From a virus (lineage: Duplodnaviria > Heunggongvirae > Uroviricota > Caudoviricetes): 64,000 nt of DNA. Each line of letters opens with the position of its first letter. Position 1 is the first letter of the stretch. This document shows positions 23,445 to 33,408 of this stretch, piece after piece. Location of the stretch: positions 109,828-173,827 of IMG/VR virus record IMGVR_UViG_3300007747_000008; one strand, written 5' to 3'. The notes below the pieces were generated by a model. The model saw only the letters and a program-made list of their open reading frames with translations, searched no databases and had not been told where the DNA came from. The position numbers and the translations under genes are program-made.

Positions 23445-23822
23445 ATGGCAAAACACACTTCATATCGCGGTCAAACAATTGACATTGAAATGATGAAATT
23501 TCAAAACCAACACGCAAGTGCATTGGGTAACGGACGAATGAATGCTCGTGGTGATAAATTGGGTTCAGGTGGCACAATCGTGAAAACACGTGAAGAACTA
23601 CTTGCTGAACGTGAGAGACAAATGCAACTACCTGATTACATCCCTGAGCACACAAGTCATGCAGTGCAAGTCCAGACTTCATCTGAAGGTTTTGATGATG
23701 CAATGTTTGAACTTCCTGAACAGGAACCGGTTCAAGAGAAAGCTGCACCTGTAAAAGTACAGGAAGAAAGTACTAGCAAAGCTGCACCACGCCGTGTACG
23801 TGCAACCAAAGACGCAGAGTAA
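23445..23822 (+). CDS. Hypothetical protein
   Basis: ORF. Confidence 0.5.
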   Translation: MAKHTSYRGQTIDIEMMKFQNQHASALGNGRMNARGDKLGSGGTIVKTREELLAERERQMQLPDYIPEHTSHAVQVQTSSEGFDDAMFELPEQEPVQEKAAPVKVQEESTSKAAPRRVRATKDAE

Positions 23823-23833
23823 GGATATTATAT

Positions 23834-24157
23834 ATGGAGTCTAATGTCATTACAGCGTGTAAAGGTAAAGTACTAGTTACAAATTTAGACAGCGGTGAAC
23901 AAAAAACCGCTGGTGGTATCGTATTATCAGATGATGATGGTAAGTTACGTGGTATTCATAGTCGCTGGGCTAAAGTATATAGCGTAGGTGAAGATATTAC
24001 TGATATTCAGGTTGGTGAATGGATTTTAGTTGAACACGGTAGATGGTCAAGAACTATCTCATTAGGTGGTATTTCACTAAATCTTGTTGACTACCCAAAA
24101 GGTGTACTATGTGCATCCCCAGAACGTCCTGTCGGTTTTATTGGATTAGGTCGATAA
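23834..24157 (+). CDS. 31: GroES-like co-chaperonin (T4 gp31 analogue)
   Basis: KVLV......QKTAGGIVL.........G.V..VG.......VG...L. Confidence 0.7.
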   Translation: MESNVITACKGKVLVTNLDSGEQKTAGGIVLSDDDGKLRGIHSRWAKVYSVGEDITDIQVGEWILVEHGRWSRTISLGGISLNLVDYPKGVLCASPERPVGFIGLGR

Positions 24158-24162
24158 ATTAG

Positions 24163-24190
24163 ATGCCCGAATATTCGGGCATTATTTTTG
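24163..24190 (+). terminator. Rho-independent terminator
   Basis: ATGCCCGAATATTCGGGCAT palindrome followed by TATTTTTG. Confidence 0.55.
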
Positions 24191-24201
24191 AAGGTATATT
24201 A

Positions 24202-24477
24202 ATGATAAATGCAGATGGTAAAGTTGATTTTAATTTTGTTACATTGGAATCAACAAAAGGTAAGTTTTACCTTGAACATCCACGAAAGAAAAATATAGTA
24301 TATGAAGTAAGTCATGACCAGTTTAGGATTCTATTTGTGAAAATGGCACAAGATAATGCCAAAGGAATAGTATTTGAAAACCGGTCTAACTCGTTTGAGT
24401 ATTTAATGAGTCAATTAGAAATGAACGAAGATCTATTTCAAGCAATGTTATACCCAAATTCAGATTGGACTATTTAG
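24202..24477 (+). CDS. Hypothetical small protein
   Basis: ORF. The start is placed after the terminator hairpin. The six-frame track started it inside the hairpin at 24163. Confidence 0.45.
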   Translation: MINADGKVDFNFVTLESTKGKFYLEHPRKKNIVYEVSHDQFRILFVKMAQDNAKGIVFENRSNSFEYLMSQLEMNEDLFQAMLYPNSDWTI

Positions 24478-24486
24478 GAGTAAGTT

Positions 24487-25443
24487 ATGAGTAATGCACT
24501 ATGGACAGAAAAGTACCGCCCGAAAGATACTGAAAGCTATGTTTTCAAAAACCAAGCGTTCAAAGACAAAATGGAAGAATGGATTGCAACGGGTGATATT
24601 CCACACATTGGATTCTTTGGCCCAGCAGGGACAGGAAAAACATCAGCTATTGGTGTACTAATCAATGGGCTTGAAGCAAATGGTCATATTGATCGATATG
24701 ATGTAATGACACTAAACATGTCAGAGGAAGGTATCGATGCTGTCCGAGCCAAAATTGATGCTGCTGCACGTCTTGCCCCAAATGGTAAGTACAGAATCTT
24801 TGTACTAGAAGAAATGGAACAGATGCACCAAAAAGCACAAGGTTCGCTTAAACGTATTATGGAGGATTATGCAGAGAATGCACGTTTCATCCTTACATCA
24901 AATGAACCACACAAAATCCTAAAACCAATCATTTCACGTGTTCAAACAATCATGATTGAAAAGCATGATCGTGAAGCATTCATGACCCGCGTCATTAATG
25001 TTCTAATTGCTGAAGAAGTAGATTTGAGTACTGAAGAAAGCATTGGACTAGTTGAGAAGTACATCAACGCTACATATCCAGACTTCCGTAAAACATTAAA
25101 CACTTTACAAAGCAGTATCGTTGGTGGTAAACTAGTAAAACTAGAAGACAGCATTGACAGTACAGCTAACTATCGTTCTCTAATCATCGATGCTCTACAA
25201 AATGGCAGCATTCGAGAAATGCGTGAACTCATTGTGCAAAACATTCCAGAAGACGAAATGGATGGGTTCTTTTCGTATCTATCCCAAAATGTCAAAATGT
25301 TCAGTGACGATGAGATTGTACGCATGAAGATTGTCGTTAAAATCCGCGATGCAATGGTTAAGCAAGCGTCAGTATCTGACCGAGAGTTAAACCTTAGTGC
25401 ATTGTTATGTGAAATTGACCTAATTTGCTCAGGAAACATGTAA
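24487..25443 (+). CDS. 44: Sliding-clamp loader large subunit (RFC-like AAA+, gene 44 homologue)
   Basis: WTEKYRPK, Walker A GPAGTGKTS and the SRC-like region. Confidence 0.85.
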   Translation: MSNALWTEKYRPKDTESYVFKNQAFKDKMEEWIATGDIPHIGFFGPAGTGKTSAIGVLINGLEANGHIDRYDVMTLNMSEEGIDAVRAKIDAAARLAPNGKYRIFVLEEMEQMHQKAQGSLKRIMEDYAENARFILTSNEPHKILKPIISRVQTIMIEKHDREAFMTRVINVLIAEEVDLSTEESIGLVEKYINATYPDFRKTLNTLQSSIVGGKLVKLEDSIDSTANYRSLIIDALQNGSIREMRELIVQNIPEDEMDGFFSYLSQNVKMFSDDEIVRMKIVVKIRDAMVKQASVSDRELNLSALLCEIDLICSGNM

Positions 25444-26063
25444 TGCAAAAACAAAAAGCTATTGTGATTGATTGTGACGAAATTATGCTAGACCACTTAG
25501 GTGGTCTTCGTGAATACGTCAAAAAGAAATATGGAATCACTACACCAACCGAATACCCAACCGAATATGGTCTTGAGAAATGGTTAAATATGAACCAAGT
25601 TCAAGTACAAGAAGTACTTAAACAGTTCAATGAACGTTCATATGAATTTGGGCTACTAAAACCTATCAACGGTGCACCTGCATTACTAAATGCATTACGC
25701 CATGCAAATCCAGATGCACATTTTGTAGTACTTACAAAATCAGGTACAGGTGGTCATGGTGAAGTACTACGTAAAGTAAATATTCAAAATGTATTCCCGG
25801 ATATTTTTGATGAAATTCGTATCATTGAAATGTATGAATCTAAACGCGGAGAACTTGCAAAACTTCAGGTAAAATATGATGTTGTTTGTTTAGTCGATGA
25901 CTATATTGAAAACATCGAAACCGCAATTAGTTTGGGGATTCACGGCATTATGCTTTCCCGTCCACATAATCAAGAATACAGTTCACGTAATGATTTTTAT
26001 TTTACGGGCAATTGGGCTGGTATTATTCATAATATTATTATTCATATGCACAAAGGGGAGTAA
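25443..26063 (+). CDS. HAD-superfamily 5'(3')-deoxyribonucleotidase-like phosphatase
   Basis: HAD motif I VIDCDEIMLD (DxD). The ATG overlaps the gp44 stop as TAATG. Confidence 0.6.
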   Translation: MQKQKAIVIDCDEIMLDHLGGLREYVKKKYGITTPTEYPTEYGLEKWLNMNQVQVQEVLKQFNERSYEFGLLKPINGAPALLNALRHANPDAHFVVLTKSGTGGHGEVLRKVNIQNVFPDIFDEIRIIEMYESKRGELAKLQVKYDVVCLVDDYIENIETAISLGIHGIMLSRPHNQEYSSRNDFYFTGNWAGIIHNIIIHMHKGE

Positions 26064-26080
26064 TCCCCTTTTGTTGTTTA
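26051..26080 (+). terminator. Hairpin CAAAGGGGA-GTAAT-CCCCTTTTG plus a T-run
   Basis: The stem brackets the HAD stop codon. Confidence 0.45.
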
Positions 26081-26130
26081 TATATTCAGTAAATAAGAAT
26101 ATAATTATGTAACATAAAGGAACATAAAAC

Positions 26131-26700
26131 ATGGAAGATAATTCAGCAATTCAAAACTTGTATGATCAAGACGGTCTTCTAGATATCCTTTTGGGAGTCG
26201 AGAAGTACTTTGATGATATGGACTTGTATGCTTACAAAAACTGGATTTACGGTGAGTTAGTAGAAGGTCCAATTGTTAGTAAGTACTGGGTAGAAGTAAC
26301 GTTCAAATATGATCACGATACTTTCCCAGATCCAATGGGTACTAAAGTACTTGAGCAACAAGGCACCAAAATTTCTATTAAGAAAGATTTTTTAGATACA
26401 CCTATTGCATATCCACGTAATCGCACAGATATGGAAGCAGTTGGCACACAAGGTGGTTCAGTTTCATTAGCAAAAGATGAACGAATTCCAATCATTCTTT
26501 ATAAGTTTCAGATCCCACGTCGTATTGTTAATCCTGAAAGTTTTGATGAATATAAACTAATGGCAAGTACTTTTAATAAAAGTGCTACAATTGATGACGA
26601 ACAGCCACCAGAAGATGCTAGTATGGAAAACGAACAAGATGTTCAACAAATGGATAGTGAATTTGGTGAACAAGGTTCGAATCCGATGGGAGGTATGTAA
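26131..26700 (+). CDS. Hypothetical protein
   Basis: ORF. Confidence 0.5.
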   Translation: MEDNSAIQNLYDQDGLLDILLGVEKYFDDMDLYAYKNWIYGELVEGPIVSKYWVEVTFKYDHDTFPDPMGTKVLEQQGTKISIKKDFLDTPIAYPRNRTDMEAVGTQGGSVSLAKDERIPIILYKFQIPRRIVNPESFDEYKLMASTFNKSATIDDEQPPEDASMENEQDVQQMDSEFGEQGSNPMGGM

Positions 26701-27380
26701 TGAAGCAGTTAAATGAAAGAGCATTAAGACAGGATATACTAAAAGACTTAATTTACCCAATTGTAAGTGTAGACGAATATACTTCTAAAATTGGTGAAAA
26801 TAATATTGTAGTTGCTTTTCAAGTATTAGATAATTTTGACGCAGCGTATGATTTAAGTTCATTTATCGAGAAATCACCAGTTGGTGTAATCGACACTGAA
26901 GCCAGTGAAACACCCAACGTTGATGGTCGATACATAGTATTCTCAGAATTTGAGAGGACTGGTGAATTTCCAGAAAAATTACTTCTATTGCTAAAAACAA
27001 TTGAAAATATATGTCCTAATCCGGGATGGAAACTACAACTATATGGAATTAACGATCCAATAGATATTGATTTCGACATCATCACACAACATATGGAATT
27101 GGTACAACCTGACACCATTACTGAATTTTTTGACCCAGCCGGTGTATCAGTTGATATTCTCAAAGAAACAATCCGTTTGAATACCTTATATGGTGAATTA
27201 CACTTCCAACTAGGAAGCGGGGTAGTTTCTGAACAATATGTTAAAGGTTTACTTGATATCGAAACATCACTTGACAATACTCGATTGGGTAGTATACTAG
27301 GTGAAGGGTATGATGTGTTGCGTTCTGGACAACAATACATCGTTGGTAACCGAACTGGGCAATATTTCATTCTAAGATAA
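26700..27380 (+). CDS. Hypothetical protein
   Basis: ORF coupled by an ATGA overlap. Confidence 0.5.
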   Translation: MKQLNERALRQDILKDLIYPIVSVDEYTSKIGENNIVVAFQVLDNFDAAYDLSSFIEKSPVGVIDTEASETPNVDGRYIVFSEFERTGEFPEKLLLLLKTIENICPNPGWKLQLYGINDPIDIDFDIITQHMELVQPDTITEFFDPAGVSVDILKETIRLNTLYGELHFQLGSGVVSEQYVKGLLDIETSLDNTRLGSILGEGYDVLRSGQQYIVGNRTGQYFILR

Positions 27381-28177
27381 TGAAAGTACTTAATGATTTA
27401 TTAGCACTTCATGAAGTAACTAAATGCAGTAATCAGAAAAGCGGTCGTAATGGTCTAAGTAAAAGATTGTATGTAAGAACGTATGAGATTAATCGCATAG
27501 GTAGATATTATGATGAAATCACACGTGATGACGTAGGCACTGAGATGATTCTCAAAGCTTACTTAGCACGGAAGATTTATATCAATGAAAAGAACATACG
27601 AAACAAGTTCTTTTTTGAACAAGAAGATTACAACCGAGAAGTTGAATTCACAAAAGGATTATGGAAAATATTCTGTGTAGAAGTGTTTGGTACTTATATG
27701 CCGGAACTACCAGTACCAGTGACATACTCTGAATTGGATAAACTATTCAAGAATGATGTATTGTATTTGGATTTTTCTTTATATAAAACTGTAAAAGAAT
27801 CAGTGATTCACAATCAACTTAAAAATTCAAAACACTTCCAAACTATTAAAGATTTCGATTTGTTTTGTTCCCTTCCGGGTATTCCCGGATGGACTGCACA
27901 GCAACATGGTGCTATGTTAGCTGATGGAAGGGTAGAAGCTCCACAACGTTTGATGCAATGTGCATTATGCATGTTCAAACTTGAATATATAGGATGCTCC
28001 GAACCTTACCAGTACTTTTGGAAAGAACGAGCGAACGCTGCGATGAACAAGGCGTTAGTAATTCTTCAAAAGTCATATATTGTTAAATTTAGAAATGCGA
28101 CTATGTATGATATGCCGATCTTACCAGAAAGATTTGAGCCTGTTAAAACATTCGTATGGAACAAAAAAAGAGCGTAA
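27380..28177 (+). CDS. Hypothetical protein
   Basis: ORF coupled by an ATGA overlap. Confidence 0.5.
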   Translation: MKVLNDLLALHEVTKCSNQKSGRNGLSKRLYVRTYEINRIGRYYDEITRDDVGTEMILKAYLARKIYINEKNIRNKFFFEQEDYNREVEFTKGLWKIFCVEVFGTYMPELPVPVTYSELDKLFKNDVLYLDFSLYKTVKESVIHNQLKNSKHFQTIKDFDLFCSLPGIPGWTAQQHGAMLADGRVEAPQRLMQCALCMFKLEYIGCSEPYQYFWKERANAAMNKALVILQKSYIVKFRNATMYDMPILPERFEPVKTFVWNKKRA

Positions 28178-28202
28178 AATATTTTACGCTCTTTTTGTTT
28201 TT
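28168..28202 (+). terminator. Rho-independent terminator
   Basis: AAAGAGCGTAAAAT/ATTTTACGCTCTTT followed by TTTGTTTTT. Confidence 0.6.
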
Positions 28203-28207
28203 AGGGG

Positions 28208-28236
28208 TTGACACCTCATTATAATCCAGCTATAAT
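28208..28236 (+). promoter_or_regulatory. Sigma70-type promoter TTGACA-17-TATAAT
   Basis: TTGACA at 28208-28213 and TATAAT at 28231-28236. Confidence 0.5.
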
Positions 28237-28267
28237 TATCTCAATTAACAACAAAAGGAAATATACA

Positions 28268-28684
28268 ATGTCAGCAAAAATCGATTTCTTCTTTACACAT
28301 GGTCATTCTTTCACTGCAACCAACGTAGTACCTGATTCAGTGGAAGTTTTTGATCACAACACAATTGTTTACTCCACCAATAGTTTTAAAAATGATGTGT
28401 TAACATCATCTGTGCATAACGTACCAATGCATGATCTAAAATTTGCAGTAGTCACCTATGGTGCCGATACAAACAGAGCAAACACGTCCAATATTATTCA
28501 TGGGTTGGTAACTAAATTTGATATTACCCCGACGTATGAACAGGTTCAAGCAATCCGCACTCTTGAAATTCAGGAAAAAGAAGCTGCCGCCCGTAATGAA
28601 CGCCGTCGTGTTAAAGAAGCTGAAAAATTTGTTAAACGTCGTGCCAAGCGGTCAGCGGAACGCAAAGAATCTTTTACCAAATAA
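28268..28684 (+). CDS. Hypothetical protein with a basic C-terminal tail
   Basis: ORF. The start is chosen downstream of the promoter. Confidence 0.5.
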   Translation: MSAKIDFFFTHGHSFTATNVVPDSVEVFDHNTIVYSTNSFKNDVLTSSVHNVPMHDLKFAVVTYGADTNRANTSNIIHGLVTKFDITPTYEQVQAIRTLEIQEKEAAARNERRRVKEAEKFVKRRAKRSAERKESFTK

Positions 28685-28687
28685 AAG

Positions 28688-28716
28688 TTGACGGTATTTA
28701 CCAGTACTGATATACT
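28688..28716 (+). promoter_or_regulatory. Sigma70-type promoter TTGACG-17-TATACT
   Basis: Followed by a GGGAGCATTCGCTCCC hairpin in the 5'UTR. Confidence 0.45.
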
Positions 28717-28765
28717 ATTTTCATCGGGAGCATTCGCTCCCTTATTAATTTACTAAGGAAATGTA

Positions 28766-29905
28766 ATGAAAGGCAAATACTTTTTTATTGAAAACAGAAA
28801 AGAAATTGAAATTAAAGAATTTGATTACAAGTATGTTCGCAACTCATTTCTGAAAGAATACGACCGCAAGGCAAACCGTCAGTACTGTTACACTGTTATC
28901 GTGGATCGTACATATGATCCAAGCGGTGAACCTGTCTTTGACGTTCGTGTTTTGGACTTGAATGACATTTACTTTGACAATACACGCTTGCGTATGCTAG
29001 GTGTCATGATTGATGAAATTAGTTGGGATAAGAATGTATCACGTTCTATTACTAACATGCCAATGCCTCCATTACAAAAAGAGTACCAAGAGTACTTAGA
29101 AGGTAAAAAGCGTAAAGCTATTGTGGTAGAAGTTGATAATCCAAAACTAATTGAGTTACCACCTGCACCCGAATTAGTACGTGTTCCAGTACTAGAAAAT
29201 GACAATCGCATTAAAAGCGTTGAGATCATGTTTGATGATCATGAGATTAAACCTAATGCAATGGTTGTGTTGGATTGGGTTGACAATTTCCAAATAGCTA
29301 GCTATGAAGCAACTGTTAAAATGCGTAACATGACAGAGATGCAGATTAAAATGGCATCTAACATCGTGACACATAGTGATTACATTCACAGTGTTATGTC
29401 AAATGTAAGCAAAGTACTTGAAGAGATTTTTCCTGTTAATCCGGGGTTCTTAAAGAAAATGTTTGGTTCAACGGACTTTAAAGTTGATAAATCAAACTTA
29501 GATGAAGTTATCTTACGTCTAACCCAAGCTGCACGCGTTGATAATAACCGTTTCTCTGGGATTCAGAAAAGTTTTAATGAAATCAAGAATCTAAGTTTTG
29601 AAATCAAAAATGAACTCGATCAAGGTGTACTTGGTTGTAAGTTTGCAATCGCTACAATTGAAGATTCATTTGAATTCGAACACAGAGAAGAACGCTTGCT
29701 TAAAATGGGTTTAACTGCTAATCTAACTGGCTTGTCAATGATTGATGCTGAGAAGAAATTCGATATCAAAATGGCTAAGTTTGACGAAATTCAAACCGTG
29801 CTATTGCCAATCTTGATTATGCGTATCCAAGATAGCGTAGATTCCAAGTTGGATGATGAGACAGTTCAAATCATTCGCAATATTGTCAAAAAAGATGACA
29901 AATAA
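28766..29905 (+). CDS. Hypothetical protein
   Basis: ORF. Confidence 0.5.
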   Translation: MKGKYFFIENRKEIEIKEFDYKYVRNSFLKEYDRKANRQYCYTVIVDRTYDPSGEPVFDVRVLDLNDIYFDNTRLRMLGVMIDEISWDKNVSRSITNMPMPPLQKEYQEYLEGKKRKAIVVEVDNPKLIELPPAPELVRVPVLENDNRIKSVEIMFDDHEIKPNAMVVLDWVDNFQIASYEATVKMRNMTEMQIKMASNIVTHSDYIHSVMSNVSKVLEEIFPVNPGFLKKMFGSTDFKVDKSNLDEVILRLTQAARVDNNRFSGIQKSFNEIKNLSFEIKNELDQGVLGCKFAIATIEDSFEFEHREERLLKMGLTANLTGLSMIDAEKKFDIKMAKFDEIQTVLLPILIMRIQDSVDSKLDDETVQIIRNIVKKDDK

Positions 29906-29908
29906 AGA

Positions 29909-29936
29909 TTGACACAATCTATAAGTACTGTATAAT
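29909..29936 (+). promoter_or_regulatory. Sigma70-type promoter TTGACA-16-TATAAT
   Basis: TTGACA at 29909-29914 and TATAAT at 29931-29936. Confidence 0.5.
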
Positions 29937-29990
29937 CTATCACATCAAGACGACACAGTACTTAACTATTAACTAAATGAGGATTTAAAC

Positions 29991-31127
29991 ATGTCAGAGA
30001 AAGATATCACTCCAGCAGCTAAGAAAACAACTCGCACTCGTAAAGCTACTACCAAGACTAAAGCAAAAGAGAAAGATGTTGCCATGAATGAAACGTTTGA
30101 GCAGTCTGAAAAACAGCTTCCTTCAATTCGTACTGGACGTGGTGAAGCTCTTGCGTTAACTGTAACCAACATCAATAACTTGGGTATGGATGCGGGTAGT
30201 GGTATTTCAGTACTGAACGACCAAATTCTTAACCGTGTTAAAGTTGCAGATAGTGGTGAATTCGGTCAGAGTGTTAATAGCATTCTTGCGTTGACACGTA
30301 GTGTTAATATTGAAAAGCTTGGTACACCACCAACTGGCGTACTATCCAAGTTGTTTGGCTTTGTGCGTAGTGCTAAGCGTCAAGTAACTGACCAACTTAA
30401 TACAAGTTATGATCAAATCCAAGAGATTGTTAAAACTCTTGATGGTGGTGTAGCTCGTATGCAAGATGAAGAACGTTGGTTGGTACAAGTTTATGATGCA
30501 AATATCGTATACTTGAAAGAATTGAAAACAACATTGATCAATATCGATGAAGTACTTGAGCCACAAGAAGAAATTCTTAACAATATGCGTGGCAGTACTG
30601 AAATTACCGTTGAAACATTTGAAGAACAAAAACTAATTGTTGATGCATTGAGCAAACAGGCTGACAAAGTACGTCGCTTGATTCAATTGTGCCAACTAAT
30701 GGCACCACAGATCATGTCCATGCGTAAGGTTAACTCCAATACTCATGAGAAGTTCCAGACTCTTATTACCACGACTATTCCAGCGTGGAAATCACAGATG
30801 AGCCTTGGTTTGATCAGTGATGCCCAGAAGAAAGATAATGAGCTTTCTGATAACATTGACAACCATACTAACTTGTTACTTTCTCAGAATGCAGAGACTG
30901 TATCTAAGAACATGGTTGACTCAGCTAAATCTAACCAACGTTCGGTGATTGACTTGGATACATTACGTATTGTACAAAACACCATGCTCAAAGGTATCAA
31001 CGATACCATTGCAATTGAGCAAAGTGGTGCAGCAGAACGTGCTAAAGCAAAACTTGAGATGGAAAAAATGGATCAAGAATTGAAACATGCACTACTAGAG
31101 ATTTCAAACAAAACAAACAAAAAGTAA
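29991..31127 (+). CDS. TelA-like protein (toxic-anion resistance, TelA family)
   Basis: Collinear with B. subtilis YceH/TelA: LFGFVRSAKR, DQIQEIVKTL, WLVQVYDANIVYLKEL, TTIPAWKSQ and IDLDTLRIVQ. Confidence 0.75.
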   Translation: MSEKDITPAAKKTTRTRKATTKTKAKEKDVAMNETFEQSEKQLPSIRTGRGEALALTVTNINNLGMDAGSGISVLNDQILNRVKVADSGEFGQSVNSILALTRSVNIEKLGTPPTGVLSKLFGFVRSAKRQVTDQLNTSYDQIQEIVKTLDGGVARMQDEERWLVQVYDANIVYLKELKTTLINIDEVLEPQEEILNNMRGSTEITVETFEEQKLIVDALSKQADKVRRLIQLCQLMAPQIMSMRKVNSNTHEKFQTLITTTIPAWKSQMSLGLISDAQKKDNELSDNIDNHTNLLLSQNAETVSKNMVDSAKSNQRSVIDLDTLRIVQNTMLKGINDTIAIEQSGAAERAKAKLEMEKMDQELKHALLEISNKTNKK

Positions 31128-31145
31128 TTTATTAAAAACAACATA

Positions 31146-31171
31146 AAGGAGTCTTCGGACTCCTTTTTTCA
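31146..31171 (+). terminator. Rho-independent terminator with a UUCG tetraloop
   Basis: AAAGGAGTC-TTCG-GACTCCTTT followed by TTT. Confidence 0.65.
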
Positions 31172-31183
31172 TAGGAGTAATTT

Positions 31184-31369
31184 ATGAGTGCTATTACCGA
31201 AGACCGAATTCGAGAAATAATTAAAGAAGTTGTTCGTGAGGAACTACAAAATTTATCAATTTCAGTTGATTCCAGTACTGAATCAATTGATGGTGAATAT
31301 ATTAAATTTCTAACTGGTGTTTGTTTATCTTTAAAAGACGAAGTTATATCATGTGCAGATGGGTGGTGA
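31184..31369 (+). CDS. Hypothetical small protein
   Basis: ORF. Confidence 0.4.
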   Translation: MSAITEDRIREIIKEVVREELQNLSISVDSSTESIDGEYIKFLTGVCLSLKDEVISCADGW

Positions 31370-31571
31370 ACATATGGGGATCCCATCATACTACAAATAT
31401 GATCCTACCAATAAGAATCGTAGGAAAAAATTAAAAGAACGGGCAAAAAAATTGGTTGATAAAATGGACATGCCCAACAACCAAAAGGTATTTTTAAAAC
31501 AAAGTCTAATGTCTATACTTCAGGAATATGCTGAACTATGGGAAAGTAGACCAACTAAGGAAAACAAATGA
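31353..31571 (+). CDS. Hypothetical small basic protein
   Basis: ORF. Confidence 0.4.
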   Translation: MQMGGEHMGIPSYYKYDPTNKNRRKKLKERAKKLVDKMDMPNNQKVFLKQSLMSILQEYAELWESRPTKENK

Positions 31572-32254
31572 AACAACGATTAGATTCAACGATTGATATA
31601 GAAACTCTAGCCATTCCAGAAACCAGTGGTTATGATATTGTAATTCCAAACTACGCTATTGTTCGAGTACCTGAAACACCTGAAACTTATGAGTTGGAAT
31701 GGATGTATGTACAAATGCCAATCCAGCCACAGTTAGATAAAGGTTTAGCGGTATCAGCTTCGTGTATGTCCTTCTGGTTTGATCGATGTGCAGAATTTCA
31801 ACCAAAAGCACTTGATGAAATGAAGAAATCATTTAAAGGTACAGTTCCTACAATTCGACGTAGTTATTTAAACGGTATCGAATTACCATGTGATGACCCT
31901 TCATTGGAAGTTGAGAAATTCATTAATGGTGATGATAATTTGTATGATGGTAAAATTTGGGGAAATGGGTGCAACTTCGATTGTAGTATTCTCCAAGCCA
32001 ATCATCTCAAGATGTTCAACAACGCTAAAATGTGGCACTACGCAGCCCCACAGAACGCAAGAAGCCTTAAAGACTTGCTAAGTGAAGACGAGCGTGATGA
32101 AATGGATCGCATCGTGGAGGACTATCTAGGGCGGTTTGAGACAACCACCCGTGTAATGCACGGAATGGCAAACCTAGAACTTCATCACCCATTGTATGAT
32201 GCGGCACGTGAAGCATTGCAGGTTTCATATTGCCGGAATATGAAAGCAGGTTGA
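31568..32254 (+). CDS. dexA: DexA-like 3'-5' exonuclease (DEDD family)
   Basis: N-terminal IDIETLA (Exo I motif), with GNGCNFDCSIL and HHPLYDA downstream. Confidence 0.55.
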   Translation: MKQRLDSTIDIETLAIPETSGYDIVIPNYAIVRVPETPETYELEWMYVQMPIQPQLDKGLAVSASCMSFWFDRCAEFQPKALDEMKKSFKGTVPTIRRSYLNGIELPCDDPSLEVEKFINGDDNLYDGKIWGNGCNFDCSILQANHLKMFNNAKMWHYAAPQNARSLKDLLSEDERDEMDRIVEDYLGRFETTTRVMHGMANLELHHPLYDAAREALQVSYCRNMKAG

Positions 32255-32279
32255 CAGATATAATTGGGTGGGGTATAAT
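32251..32279 (+). promoter_or_regulatory. Sigma70-type promoter TTGACA-17-TATAAT overlapping an inverted repeat
   Basis: TTGACA at 32251 and TATAAT at 32274. The inverted repeat is GGGTGGGG/CCTCACCC. Confidence 0.45.
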
Positions 32280-32310
32280 TGTACCTCACCCATATCAAGA
32301 GGCTTAAAAC

Positions 32311-33408
32311 ATGTTGTACTTTGCTATCCTCTTCATACCAGCATTTTTGGTTATGATTGTAATGAAAATTAAGTATGATCACCATATCACCACCAAAGAA
32401 TTAAGTATCCATCTCGCTGCTATCATTATTGGCTCAGCCGTAACACTAGGCATTAACTATTTTTTCATTTATAATAATTTAAAAGATGTTGAAGTACTGA
32501 ATGGCAGTGTTACCGGTAAGTACAAACATACTGAAATTTGTTCTGAATTAAGTTCATGTAAACATTATCACTACGTAGAACATTGTACAACGTCACGTGA
32601 TAGTAAAGGTAATGAAAGCCGTAGCTGTACTTCTGAAAAAGTTTTTGATTATGCAACCGAATATGATTGGTTCGTTCAAACTACAGTAGGTAGGATTGAG
32701 ATCGAACGTGCAAACCGTCGTGGTGATAAAATGCCAGAACGTTACAGGGTAGCGATTATTGGTGAACCAGCATCAGTACCTCATAGTTACTACAACTATT
32801 TGTTTGCTGATGAAAAATCATTATTTGCACCTGAAAACTTCGAGACGAAATATCCAGAAGATTATCGGAAGAGTATTCCTTCTTATCCATTAGTCTATGA
32901 TTATTATCGTACTGACCACGTTATCAATTTGACGTCAGTACCATCTACCGGATATAATGAATATCTGTCAGAGGTTCTAAGTAAGTATGGAAAAGAAAAA
33001 CAGTTAAACATCACAACTGTACTTTACAATGACAATGATCCACAGTTTGTTGATGCGACCATGACCAAATGGCGTGGTGGAAAGAAAAATGATGTTATTA
33101 TGTTCTTCGGTATCGATAGTACTGGCACAGTTACTAAATTTTATAGTACTTCATTCGCTGATGGGATGAAAAATGAAATGCTTCATGCAACGTTACGCAT
33201 TGATGCATTGAATGAAAAAATGTCGATTGACTTGCTCCAAAAACAGGTATATACTACTGTTCAGAAATTTGAAAGATTACCTAATGAAGAATTCAAGTAC
33301 ATGAAATATCGTCTTGAACCTAAATTGGAAATCATCGCGGCGTGTAGTATCTTACTACTAGTACTATCCATCTTTATTGGTATCTATATGAGGAATAACG
33401 ATTTATGA
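32311..33408 (+). CDS. Membrane protein with N- and C-terminal TM helices, a candidate partner of LemA
   Basis: Hydrophobic N- and C-termini. ATGA overlap with the LemA-like gene. Confidence 0.5.
   Translation: MLYFAILFIPAFLVMIVMKIKYDHHITTKELSIHLAAIIIGSAVTLGINYFFIYNNLKDVEVLNGSVTGKYKHTEICSELSSCKHYHYVEHCTTSRDSKGNESRSCTSEKVFDYATEYDWFVQTTVGRIEIERANRRGDKMPERYRVAIIGEPASVPHSYYNYLFADEKSLFAPENFETKYPEDYRKSIPSYPLVYDYYRTDHVINLTSVPSTGYNEYLSEVLSKYGKEKQLNITTVLYNDNDPQFVDATMTKWRGGKKNDVIMFFGIDSTGTVTKFYSTSFADGMKNEMLHATLRIDALNEKMSIDLLQKQVYTTVQKFERLPNEEFKYMKYRLEPKLEIIAACSILLLVLSIFIGIYMRNNDL

Noticed and set aside
25443-26700. Looking for the clamp-loader small subunit (gp62) immediately after gp44.
   Set aside because: The downstream ORF has an unambiguous HAD DxD motif instead, and the following 189-aa ORF shows no resemblance to gp62 that I can recognise. 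gp62 may lie outside the window or be too divergent to call from sequence alone.
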